Shown here one piece after another: positions 1-11,816 of a stretch of 64,000 nucleotides of DNA. A model generated the notes under the pieces. It had not been told where the DNA came from. It saw only the letters and a list, made by a program, of their open reading frames with translations, and did no database searches. Position 1 is the first letter of the stretch, and every line of letters starts with the position of its first letter. Source of the stretch: Paraspadella gotoi (lineage: Eukaryota > Animalia > Chaetognatha); assembly GCA_051294375.1 (NCBI GenBank), contig CM119267.1, positions 8,656,843 through 8,720,842 on the forward strand, written 5' to 3'. Made by a program: the position numbers and the translations under genes.

Positions 1-659
1 GAGAGAGAGGAGAGGAAGAGAGAGAGAGAGAGAGACGAGAGAGAGAGGAGAGAGAGAGAAAATACAAAGGATGAAGAAAGGTTCGCGTCTGTTGCTTTTA
101 ATATGACGCATTTTATCTTCTTAGTTTTCTCTCTCGGTTTCTCTCTAACAATGCAAAGAAAATACTATACTTACTGTATATCTCGTGTAGACTATAGTTT
201 AAACTGTAAAACCAAAAACTCCCGATCTAAAAAACATTTTTAATTTTCCGATCACATTTGGTTTCCCCGTTCAGCATTCGCCTTCACCTTTCTTCACAAA
301 AACTTTCCCAAAAAATTATCATCCACCTTTGCAAATAGGTCGACTTTTTTGTTAAACGGTCACAAACAGATGGACGCACCTGTTCGAAATTTCCGCAGTC
401 ACGGCGCGTGGGCGGCACCTTGCCATCTCAACGAGAAAGGCTCGCTCTTGAGTGGGCGTGGCCTTCCCGTCATTCTCGCGCTTTTTTAGGTTTTTTTTTT
501 AAAAAAGTTTTGTTTTTGTGTTTTTTTCGGTTGTCGTCGTCGAAGCGGCGCGGGTTCTCTTTCATTATTAATGAATACAATGACTGCGAAAAACAATCGA
601 TGCTCCTCTTTTGTTTTTTTTTTTTTTTTTTTCTCCTCTTATTAATTTTTTTTCAGTTT

Positions 660-2990
660 TTAAATTTTTCAAGAATCTTTTCTTGACTGGCGAAAGTCGG
701 AGAATTCTGGCGGCGATAGAAGATCACGTGACAGGAAAGAAAAAACTAGACACTGGAAACAGAGAGAGAAAAGAGATAAGAGAGAGAGGAGAGGAGATGA
801 GAGAGAGAGACCGAGAGAGAGAGACGAAGAGAGAGAGGAGAGAGAGGACGAGAGAGGAGAGAGAGAGAGGAGCGAAAAAAGTGAATACATTAAAAAGAAA
901 CAAAATCACAAGCATGGACTGAGGTTTTAAAGCGGGACAGAGAAAACAATGTGTGAGCGAGAAGAGAAAAAGAGAGAAAGAGAGAGAGAAGAGAGAGAGA
1001 GAAGGATGAGAGAGAGGAGGAGGAAAGAAGAGAGAGAGAGAGAGAGGAGAGACGTGAGAGAGAGTAGAGAGAGGAGAGACCGAGGAAGAGAGAGAGAGAG
1101 AGGAGAGAAGAGGAGGGTGAATGAGAATGTACGAAGAGAGCGAGAGAGAGAGAGATGGGTTAGGATCTAGAAAAAGAGTTTTTAAGCCTGAGGACGAGAA
1201 ACGCCAGAAGAAAAAGGATGAGGAGGGAAGGAAAGAGACCCGCCGCGTTTCAAACGACGACGACGACGACGACGACGACGCGACCGGGGATCGGATATGG
1301 CGAATTATCGTCTGCGCGGCCCAAAAGTAGAGTAATACAAGAAGGAAGCCTCAACGGAGGAGACGAATCGGAGGAGGAAAGGGAGATTTTTTCTTCTGGA
1401 GACCGAAATAAGGGAGGAAAGGAAAAAGCGAAAGGATGGAAAGAGGGAAGGAAAATTAGAATTAAGGAAAAGGTGGAGAAAGAAAAGAAGAAATGGGGGG
1501 AAAAATGTAATATGGAAGATAAAATTTTGTAAAGTGGAAAATTTAGAGAAAAAAGACAACAGAAAGAAAAGGAGAAGAGAGGAAAAGCAGATGTAGAATG
1601 ATAAAGGAAAAAAAGGGAAAAATTTAAAAAGGAAGAAAGGAAAGGAAAAGAAAGGAAGTCAAAGCAAAAATCAGGAACACTGAGGTGGAAACCAAACGCA
1701 GTCACAAGGGATAGGAATTGTGGTATATACGAAATATAAAGCATATCAAATTAGGAATAAGAAATAATGCCGCAAGAAACGCGTTAAAGGACAAAATAAA
1801 TTTTGTGCAAAGAAAGAAAAGAAAAAATATTCAAAAAAAAGAAGGAAATAAAGTGGGCAAACAAAATCTAGGAAAATAATTGGGAAAACGGCGGGAAAAA
1901 ATTTGAAAAATTGCAAAAGCCCAGGAACACCCTGATTGAGCAATAAACCAAAAGCACAATTTGAAGAAAAACCGAAAAAAAAGTTTTCAAAATGCAAAAA
2001 AAACAAACAAACCAAAAAAAAAAAGAATTCGTCGAACTATAGTGCGTATTTGAAAAATTAAAAGACGAGACGTACAGTGAGGAAAACAAACCTTTGGTGA
2101 AAAATGGGGAGTGAGTAAAAAGTTCGGAACAACAAATGAATTTGAAAATGGGAACGAGGATATGAAAAGGAGGAAAAAAGAGGAGGAGGCCGCTGTAAGA
2201 AAATCGTGATGAGCGAAAAATCACGAGGGAACTGTCGGGACTGAAGAAGAGAAAAGAGTGAAAGAATTAAAAGTCTGACTAAGTGAAGGGACTGGATAAA
2301 AAGGGAAAGATAATTAACAATTTATTTAGAATCTAGAACTTGGGAAGTGGAAGTCAATGTATATTGGCCAAAAGCAATAATTCGGGGCTGTATTGTGATG
2401 GTAAAGTTAAGAATACGTAAAAGCTGGAAAATTTAGTAAAATGAAAAGCTTGTTAAAAATTGATTCAACGATGTTAGTATTTAGGTTATAAAAAATAAAT
2501 AGAAACAATGAACATGAAAGGATTAAATAAAAGGCAAAGCCAAAGAGGAACGAGGATTTTTGAATGATTATAAGTGTGATAACGGATAAGGAAAAAAATA
2601 TTCACTAACAAAAAAAAACAGAGGAAAACAGGGAATTAGGCGACTTGGTGATAATGGAAACAAGATGAAAACAGGAATGAAAACTAGGATATAAAGAAAA
2701 ACAAGGCGACAAGGGGAAAAACAGGAAGAGCACAAGGGAAGATGCCGATAAGCGAAGACTCGGAAAGGATATCGTTTCGGAATCCCAAAGTTTAATTTGA
2801 AATTTTAGACGAGCAGCAAGAAGCAGGGAGGCATGGAGCTATGGAGGCATGAGGAAGGAACGTCTGAAGATAATCATTTCGTTGGGATAGGCGTCGATCA
2901 ACGATGCTTCTGTTTGTAACTAAGCGACTTTGAGAGACAGAAAATAAATGATTATCAAAAAACTGATAAAAAAAAGACAAAAGACAAAAG
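660..2990 (+). CDS. Possible long Lys/Glu/Arg-rich low-complexity exon(s), frameshifted; also in copies B (+11802) and C (~23220-25380)
   Basis: Extreme purine skew. Pieces such as SRRILAAIEDHVTGKKKLD, RKRVFKPEDEKRQKKKDEE and GSLNGGDESEEEREIF lie in shifting frames. No domain recognised; could be partly non-coding. Confidence 0.3.
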
Positions 2991-3189
2991 ACAAGCGATT
3001 ACAGAGAATGTAAATTATATTTTACACTACATTATAAACTACGTACAAATTTAAGGAAGAAAACCAAATAGACTTAAATTTATGCGAAAGTTTACCGATA
3101 TTTTTTAACATAACTTCAAATATTTTAGTCTTTATTCCGAAAAATGGCGTACGTTTTTGGTTTTTTGGGGGGGGGTTTTTTTATTCTTG

Positions 3190-3656
3190 GGTTTATTTTT
3201 CTTGTTCCCAATACGGAGTGATGAGCACAAACACACGAATTAATTGGCCAAGGGGTCCAACCTCCCAAAAACCCTTTCCTCTGGAAAAGAGACTGCGTTT
3301 GGAATGGTCGTCCCGGGACGCAAATTTGAAGCCAACCTTTTTTTTTGAGAGGGGGAGAGTACCTCCTCCTCTCACGCACTTCGATGGCCCCCAATTTTTT
3401 ACGCATAACTTCGATCAGCCTTTCCCACGGCGTACTCGGACGTCTTCTTCCTCCTACTCTTCCTCCTCCCACAAGCTCGGCCCAAATTCCTCCACCCGGG
3501 AAACCCAATTTGCCGACTCTCGCTCTTTTTTTTCTTGTTTTTTTTTGGTTGCGAACCAGAAACAACTTCCGGTTACGCTTTTTCCGGGGGGTTTTTTTTT
3601 TTTTTTTTCCCGTTCCTCCAAACGTAAGCTTCAAAATTCCAAAGTAGAAAATCAGC
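3190..3656 (-). CDS. Frameshifted coding-like exon of unknown protein (also +11802 and ~25570-26006)
   Basis: Acceptor-like ccactag. Merging frames of copies A and C gives VLDFLLWNLKLTFGRTDEAYRKLF...VGKLGFPVEEFWADL...KTSEYAWEGLIEVMAELGAIEVRE. No family recognised. Confidence 0.3.
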
Positions 3657-4569
3657 ACTAGTGGAGATTCTGAGCTTTGTAATTGATAAGAATATTCTAA
3701 AATCGATATTCGAATTGTACAGAAATTGTAGAGAAATCCCGATGCCAGAAATTGTTTTGTTCCCTTTAACCTTCGAGGAAGAAAAACTTGTAGAATAACT
3801 TATCGGGCATTGGAAATAAGTTCCAGCCCGCCTAGCGCCTTATCACAATATTTTAAAAAATTTTCGAACCATTATTTTAAAAATGTAAACCAATTTTTTC
3901 TCTCTCTCTCCCATTTAAAAATAATTGCCAAATGCCACAAATTAGCCATACGATTTTCTGATTTCAATATTCTACTCACTAATTTGTGGTTCGACACCTT
4001 CAGTCCGTACACTATATAAAAAGAACCAAAGAAAACGAAGGGATGGGAACATTCACTGCCCCCCCTCCCCGCAAATTCAAGGCTTCCCGCCCCCTCTTCT
4101 TCATCCCTCTCCCCCTTCTCCCGCTTTCCAGCCTTATGCTCTACTTGGGGAGATTTTATATTTTATGATTGACCGAGGGAAGGTTACAAGAAAGGATAAA
4201 GAAAAGAGAGGAGAAAAAGTCGAGAAATTCCGAGGATGAAAATTCGCCGCGAGATTGAAATAAATGTTGATTTCCAGCTTGGTGACGAAAGATAATCTGT
4301 ATGTACATTGTACAATCAGGGAAACCAAATTTTTGAGATATTAATGAGAAAAAAAAAGTGTAATTCGATAATTGAAGTGATTAGGAAAGAGGAAAGAAGA
4401 AAAAGCGCAACTCCAGGGTGTTCGCACGTCAACGAATTACAAAATAAGTTCGCGTTCCAGTGCTGCACAATAAGCGTTAATTGGTTCATCAGCTAATTGT
4501 TAAGAATACAACTAAACTTCAGTATTACAGAGTGTATACTGATTACATTGCGTTAAAAGTGACATATTT

Positions 4570-5200
4570 TCAACGATTGACCGAGTTCTGCTGCGCAATC
4601 AAAAAGTGAGAGATTGGTACAGCGTTTTTTTATCTCGTTTTCGTAATGAAAAACCAAACTCAAGCGAAGAAAGAAAAAAGGGAAATTCAATGAGTGACTA
4701 AAAAGCAATCACGCCTTCGAGAGAAAGAAAGCGATTGCCGTTCGAAGTTGAAAAAAGCCCCCTCTCGAACGAGGCGGGAAAAGAGAAAGGCCATCCGTAA
4801 AAGAATAGCGATCTAAATTGAGTGGACGAAGAGAAAAAAAGCAATCGAATGGCAAGGCGTGTTTTTGGCGGGGCGATTTAGGAAGACCGAAAAGTGAAAC
4901 CATTTGGAAAATGGGGAGGGAAAGCGATCGCGAATCGCTTACGGGTCGGAGATAGGAAAAGGACCTCTCTCCCCCAACCTACGAAAAAAAAAATAGAATA
5001 AACAGGGTGACGTCGTAGGCGAAGTTCCAATTCGCCGACCCGGGAAAACATCGAAGGCGGTAAGGGTAGGCGAAGGGAAGGGGCGCAGGAGTCGCCTATA
5101 AACATCCCGGTCGGCGTTCGATTTCCGAGGGCAATTCACGCGCCAGTCGTTCGTCGCAGTCGGAGTCGCTTCCGTCATTTTTAACTTCTGATCGTGCATG
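4570..5200 (-). CDS. Frameshifted coding-like exon of unknown protein (also +11802 and ~26900-27530)
   Basis: GC-richer block. Merged frames of copies A and C give MTEATSDCDDDLARDCL...PGRELELRLRRHPVYSYFFFVGWG...FLSPTRKRFAIA...LNLDRYSFTDGLSLFRLVREGLFF. Confidence 0.35.
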
Positions 5201-6190
5201 CTCGATTTGGGGAAAAAAAAAAAAAGATAATCCCAAATGCAACTAACAGCAGATTTGAGGGATTCTGATAAAAGTTTGCACATCACTGAAGCTTTGGCGA
5301 TACTCTCTCTCGTTATCCGCTAATAAGCGAAGCTTAACGTCTCCACTGGTCAGCGCCTCTTAGTATTTAAAAATTAGCACTGAGAAAAATATTCCTTCGC
5401 CCTCCCACTTGATATCCGGGACAGCGACGTCTATTCTCAGCGTGGGAGGAATTAATCGCCAAGACGACGAAGACGACGACGAACAGCGGCGGCCCAAGAA
5501 AAACTATGACGAAGGATACGACGGCGAAGGAGAATCATCCCAAGGCGACAAAAATCTATCTTCATGAATGGAAAGTGTATTGAAGTAGACAAAAGGTGGA
5601 AAAGAAAAAAAAAAACACGATACTAAATAAACAGTCGTTTAATCAGAACTCATACAACATCCTTTTTGACCTTATCTAAACCTTCAGATTTTAGGTAAAA
5701 TTTTTTTTTTATTCACAAAATTTAATACTGAAGACTTCCTGCCCGGGACGAGAAACGAACAAGGACGAAAACTTATCCCGTCGTCGTGGATACGAACGAA
5801 GACGGTCACGTCGCCTGACAACGATGACCGAATAGGAGGAAAACAATTCGTGCCGAACTTACAAGATAGTCTTCGGGTCGTTTAACCGAAACGTTCTCCG
5901 CGAAGTCAACCGGAGACGGCGAGGGGTTGCGGAGTGGAGATTCGGTTGAGGGAAGTTGGCGTTTCGGAAAAATTGGGGGAGGGTTTTGTGGGCCGACAAG
6001 AGGGAAGCTGTTTTCGCCAAAAAATTGCAGGAGTTGTAAACAGCCGCGAGGAGAATAAAAAGAGAATTTGTCAGGGATATATTATAAGGATAGAAATCCC
6101 TTACTGGCTTTGAGAAAGTTATAAAAAAGAAATAAATAGCTCGCAAACGTTTTTTTTACTCTGCCTTATTTATTAATTTTCTTCCTTAAC

Positions 6191-8598
6191 CGAAAATGTT
6201 TTGCGGTAATGAGGACAGCGGAGAGCTTGGGTCGCATCAGAGTGGGTTTTAACTCATAACAGTCGAGTATGCTGTCTAGTTATGAGAAAAGCAAAAGGAG
6301 GACTGCTTCAGGTCCTTCCATAATGACGGTGTTGTGAATTAGGGTTTACGTTCAAATTGTGAGATGATCGATCGGGATGGATGGATGGAGAAGGAAGCAA
6401 CGTTCGGGATTATGAGCCCCCGTCCAATTTTGGGCGAAACGTTTGCCTTCTTCTCTCATTTTTTCGTTGAGTCAACAAGGAATGTTTTCTCTGCCCTTCT
6501 TCCGATTCATATTGCTGTTTTGGGTTATGTTTGGCCTTGCCTTTTTCGCCAGGCCTCCCGTGATATTTTTTTCTTATTATTATTTGCAAAAAGTCAGGTT
6601 ATTTTGTTTATCGTATGACATTGGACGACGTTTCTGATAAAGAACAACCAAGTTCGTGGGGTTTCAATATTTTTTAAAGATATATGAATTTGATGTTTTT
6701 CTCTCCCTTCAATCCATTTTTTTCCCTTATTTTCTTCCCCTCACTTTAGAGAATCACACTCTAGAGTTCCAAATCTATAGTTAAATTCAGCTTTGTTTTG
6801 GTTTGTCCCTCCCCCAAATTTTTTGGGTTAGATTTGTTCGTGTTACTATTTCAAATCTTTTTTTTTTCGCTTCCCTATTCGTTTTAATTTGTTTATCATT
6901 CCACCCCCCATTTTTTTTTCATCACTAGTCTCTACCTCTCTCTCCTTCCCTCCACAACTACTCACCTCTGTGGTTCCTCCCTTTTCCTCCCTTTCTCTCC
7001 ATCCGTCTTCTCCACGCTGTTTTTCGTGGATCGAATCGTCTCTTTCTTCTGTCTTTCCTTTTTTTCGTGAATTCTGAGCTGAGGGAAGAAAAAGAGCAGA
7101 AAAGGGGCAGAGAACAAAATAAGATGTTGTTTGTCAGTTTCTAAATTGTTTGAGAACGCGCGGCCGTTTTATTTTAACATTCCGTAAATTTTTAGCCGTA
7201 GGCTGAAAGTTGAAAACTTACAGTCACCTAAATGTGATCATTTACTCTTTTTTTTTAACTTTTCTTGCCTTGAATCAAATACATAAATAAAATTTTATAA
7301 ATTAAAATAGTTCTGAATTTAGTAATTAACCTTGCATATTAAAATGTTTTTATTTTCTTAACCAAAAAAAACCCCCATTTAAAACCTTTTCTCTTGTTTT
7401 TTCGTTGCAATCATGGCCCAGCTTGGCGCGCTCTCGGGGGTCAATTTCGTCTCTGCCTTTGTTTCTTCTCTTGGCTCGTCGATCGCGTTTTTTCGATTCA
7501 GAATCCTAACCGTAAAAAACAAAACCTTAAGTTTAAATACTTTAAAAATTTTCTGGTTTTGCTTTCTTATAAATAAATAACCTTCTTGGTTTTGTTGTTA
7601 GATTTTGGCTCTCTTTTTAATTTCTCTTCGGTGCCCTTTTGGAGATTACGTGTCCCGATCGTTCATTGATTTCCGCGATCACCTTTTCGCGAATTTAAAA
7701 AATTTTCGAGATTATTCAACCCTATATTTTAACTAAAATTGTCGAGTGTTTAAAATTAATTAATATAACGCTCATCTATTTCTGCAGCGACTTTGCGCCG
7801 ATTGGGGTCGGTACAAAGGAAGTTCTTTATCCGCCGCTCCTCGTCCTCTCGTCGTCGTCGTCGTCGTCGTCGTTCGTCATCTCGGACTCCGCGTCGTCTG
7901 GAATAGGCCAAGAAAAAAAAATTATTTATTTAGTATAATATATACTATTTTGTCTGGGTGCGAAAATTTTTGAGAGTCTTACCGTCATCCTTGATCCGAA
8001 GCGGCGCCAATTTTCCCAGTGTGGCGCATCGAGATTTGCGCCGCGGTTGTATGAAGTAACGCGTTGACGGCGCCGCAAGATGCAAGTCTGAGAATTTCAA
8101 TTTCGAACAGCTCTAACAGACAGACAAACCAGAATAGAGAAAATGACATTTTTTTTATCATAGAATGCCTTACCAAAAAAATCAGATTTTTAAGTATTAT
8201 CACCATTACATCACCAGGAGAAAATCTAGTTCCTCACGGGATAATCTTTGGTATCGAAGTTCGGATTTGCGGAGTCGCGAAGTCGCATTCGAAGGGAGAG
8301 CTCGTTGGAACTTCTCTCGCGCTAAAACATGTAAATCATTACATACTAAAAATACCAAAAATATTATGATATATTTTTAAATGAATTTTTTTTTTTCTCA
8401 CTTAAAATCTTTTTTTTTTTAAGGAATTAACCGTTGTTCTTTTTCCTGTTCGCAAAATTCCATCGCAAAAACTATTGCATTGCGCCGCCTCGCGAAATTG
8501 AAGTCACACAAAAACAAGATGACAAATAATTTGCCAATGAATTATATTTACCCTCATGACAGAAACTACCTACCAATGCAAATAATATTTGTTTTAAC
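6191..8598 (-). CDS. Multi-exon gene of unknown family (charged, largely disordered protein), copy A, indel-damaged
   Basis: Chain of AG/GT-bounded exons: 8574-8598, 8432-8488, 8238-8321, 7983-8112, ~7771-7897, ~7582-7683, ~7385-7505, 7222-7227, ~6966-7079, ~6191-6634. Splicing (best read in copy C) gives KTNIILHW|RRNAIAFAMDFAKQEKEQR|...RLRKSELRYQRLS|QLFEIEFSDLHLAAP...|DDAESESDDDD...KVAAEIDE|VIAEINEAIGHVSPK...|...KNKRPK|VT|PQNSRKKGKKEERDEFDPRKTAWRK...|KRRPMSYDNK. Confidence 0.6.
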
Positions 8599-9593
8599 CT
8601 GTCAATCACGACCCATGCAAAACATATATAAAACGTTACTTATTTTGATTTTTGTGTGCTATCATTTTAGTACTTATACATTTTAGCATGAGCAATAGAA
8701 ACAGCAAATAAAAATAATAAAATTAATACATAATTAATAAATTACAATAAAGTAAAAAACGAAAAAACACATAAAAAATCATAAACATAAATAAATTTAT
8801 GTAATAAAATATAGAATTAAATTATATAACATTTACGCAGTGGCCATATTTATTACTATACTATCCAATAAATGTTAAAATTTCAAACAGTTTTTTCTAA
8901 GATTTTTTGCAGGATTGGTTCGTCATAAAAGTAGAATAAAACGACACAATATAACTCTTTTTAAAAATTCTTCATTAAGTGGTGTCAAAAATTAAAAAAG
9001 CTATATTTTAAGCTGAAATTAACTTTTATATGTCAATTAGTTAATTAAATTTTTAACCCCCTTAATGAAAGAAATTTCAAAAATGATTTATATTTTTCTT
9101 CTATCAACTTTTGACTGGGAATTCAAATCGCAATCAAATTAAGAAAAGTATGTTAAAAATTTTTCAATTTTTAGGATAGTACGTAAATAAATATAGCCTA
9201 CGGCGGAAAATTGAAGAACATAAAATAAATTTTCTTTACAAAATAAATATTTACTACTCTGATGTTGTTCATTAATTGCATTTATAATTCACTGACGCCT
9301 AAATTAGCAACCGTGAAAAAATCGACCAGGTGAATGTTTTTAGACGTGGGTATATTATTTATATGAAATGATTGCCAATACTATCTCTCTCTTTTTNNNN
9401 NNNNNNNNNNNNNNNNNNNNNCTTTTTTTCCTTTTTGCCCTCTCTCCTCTATCTTTATCTCCTTTCCTTTTTTTGCCCTGGGATTTCTCTCTCTTTCTTT
9501 ATATTTATGTAGGGCCTCTGTTGCCAATATTTTTTTTGTGTGGTAGAGCGGCGCAGAGAGAGCGAAGAAAGGATAAGAAAGAGGTAGAGAGAG

Positions 9594-9628
<35 letters not shown>

Positions 9629-9984
9629 NNNNNNNNNNNNNNNNNNNNNNNNNTATTATGCGGGGCATCCCAGTACTTTTACTATTATCGTTTTGGGGAC
9701 TTTTGTTGTAGAGTGGTTTCGTTGTTATCGAGCAAACTGGTAATAGTCGGATTACGAGTTAGTTACAGGTTTACAAGTTCAAGTTTACAAGGTTGCGCAA
9801 ACACTACCGTTTAAAGCATTAATTCTTTATCCTGCAACATAAACAAATCATCACAACTTTCAGAAAAAAATTGTCAAAAATCGCAAGTCAAAAAACTCGG
9901 GGCTCAACGAGGGAGCGAGGGCGCCCCGAGCGGAAGCCAATAACTGGCTTTGGGCGAGAAAGGCGTGGCCACTGGCCAAGAGAG

Positions 9985-10310
9985 TGAGGGGAATGTCCGC
10001 ACTATTTTTCGAAGGTGCCGTATTTCTGTTCCTAAGACCTGAATTGAATTTTTATTTAAATATTTAACCCTAATCTTTCACTAAATATTTAAATTTAAGC
10101 CAATCTTTAATCCTAACTGCTAATATTTATTCCTCACTTGATTTTTAATCACTAACCAAAATCCCTAACCTTATCCCTTAACCCTAAACCTTAATCCATA
10201 ACCTGGACCTTTAAGTGATCTTTGACCTAATCTGAATTTAAGATGAAATGGGGGCGTTTTGGGAAAATATGGCCGGAATGTCTCTGGCCCAAGTTGGCCA
10301 TCCCAGTCTC
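9985..10310. repeat. Degenerate telomere-like (CCCTAA-type) tract with GC-rich flanks; possible non-autonomous repeat element
   Basis: 10065-10230 shows ~6-bp periodic taaccctaa/tcctaac/ccctaacc/ccttaatcc units, flanked by ggggaatgtccg and ggccggaatgtc motifs. Confidence 0.35.
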
Positions 10311-10519
10311 GTTGAGCGTTCATCCACCCTTTTGGTTTATTTATTCGACCTCCTATGGTTCGAACCTCTTCCGCTCCGGACTCCTGACCCGTTCGGGCGT
10401 CGTCCGTGCGGCGGGGGAGGGGTGGCCGGGGGGGGCGTGGAAAGGGGTTTAGAAATTACGAGTGGTTTTTTTTTCTTATGGTTTTTTTTTTTTCTCGTGA
10501 AGCTTATAGAAGGGGAAAA

Positions 10520-10960
10520 AAAAAATTCAGAATTCGTTTAGGGTCGAGGAATCTTTTCATGAGCTCTAGTTTTCTGCTCGCCGTCGGTCGTGTCTTGTCT
10601 TGGTTTTTTGTTGTTGTAGGAAGATTTGGGGATTATGAGAACAATAACGAGAACGACAAGACATTATCAATGGAAACCAATTTATTGATGTCAAATATTT
10701 ATCGGCCCGGTAAAGGTTGCGCAAGATACAACCCGATGTATAAAAAAATTTATGAAAAAAATTATTGCCACCTATGAACAACTGGTCAAATTGATAAAGA
10801 AAGAGTTTTAAACGAAAATGGAGAAAAACCAAATTTTACTTTGGGCGACGAAAAAAAAAGGCCAAGATTTTTTAATGTACGATTACTCCAATAAATTAGT
10901 ACACCGCCCGACCGGAAATCCGGGGCTGATTTTTCCGAGAAATTTACCTTTCGTCGCCCA
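10520..10960 (-). CDS. Fragment of a probable multi-pass membrane protein (cleaner in copy C ~21250-21680)
   Basis: Merged frames give PDFRSGGVLIIGVIVIKNLGLFF...FGFYPFSF..LYQFDQLFIGGIIFFIFFIHRGCILRNLYRADKYLTSINWFAIECLGRSRYCSHYPK. Two or three hydrophobic stretches are followed by a polar tail. Confidence 0.35.
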
Positions 10961-10964
10961 TTTT

Positions 10965-11000
<36 letters not shown>

Positions 11001-11778
11001 CAGAGAGAGAGATGACGATGAGAGAGAGAGAGAGAGAGATGAGAGAGAGATTGATAGAACTTTCGGCCCCGAGTCCGTTCCTGATTACTTTGCATAAAAA
11101 CGTTCGCTTAATTGTGATTTTCTCCTTGGGTTGAGAAAAAAGGCAGAGAGAAAAATAATATTTCTTCTCCGTCAACTACTTTTATTTTATTTTCTCTCAA
11201 AGGAATTGTTTTCAACCTTTTTTTTCCGCGGCGTGTAGTGAGTCTTGGAAAGCTATTTTTGAAAAATTCTGTTTTTTTTAGATTTTCATCGGTAAATTTT
11301 TGCCTACTTTCCAATAGAGTATAGAGCTATTATTCATTTTAACTCTTTTTTTTCTCTTTCGTTATTTTTTGTCCTTTGTCTTTTAAATTTTTTTTTTTCT
11401 CGGGAGGTTTCTTATTCTTCAAAGGGAAAGAAAATGAAAGAAAGGAGGAAACCGCGCTTAAAGGATAAAACACTATTGCCTTCGAAGGAAAACTGGTTTT
11501 TAAAAAGAAAATATCATACAGAAATTAAAAATACTCGGGCGAAACTTGCATTGTTGTTACCATATCTTCGATCAAAGGCGGTACAAGATTACCGCCATAT
11601 TTTTATTTTTATTCGAAAGAATTAAAAAAAAAATTATAAATTGCCCCCAAATTTTGCGCCATTTAAAGGGAGAAAGAACAAGGGAAAAGGGAGGGAAAAC
11701 TAGTTAATATTTATGCAGAGCCGAGAGGAGTAAGAGGGGAGAGAGACCGAGAGAGAGGGAAGAGAGAAGAGAGAGAGA

Positions 11779-11816
<38 letters not shown>

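Larger units (their letters stand above)
1..9421. repeat. Copy A (left-truncated by window) of ~11.8 kb tandemly repeated segment
   Basis: Every spot-checked position x matches x+11802. The ORF track repeats with identical proteins at +11802 (408/12210, 3125/14927, 8480/20282), and the terminal 25-N gap recurs (9397-9421 vs 21199-21223). Confidence 0.97.
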
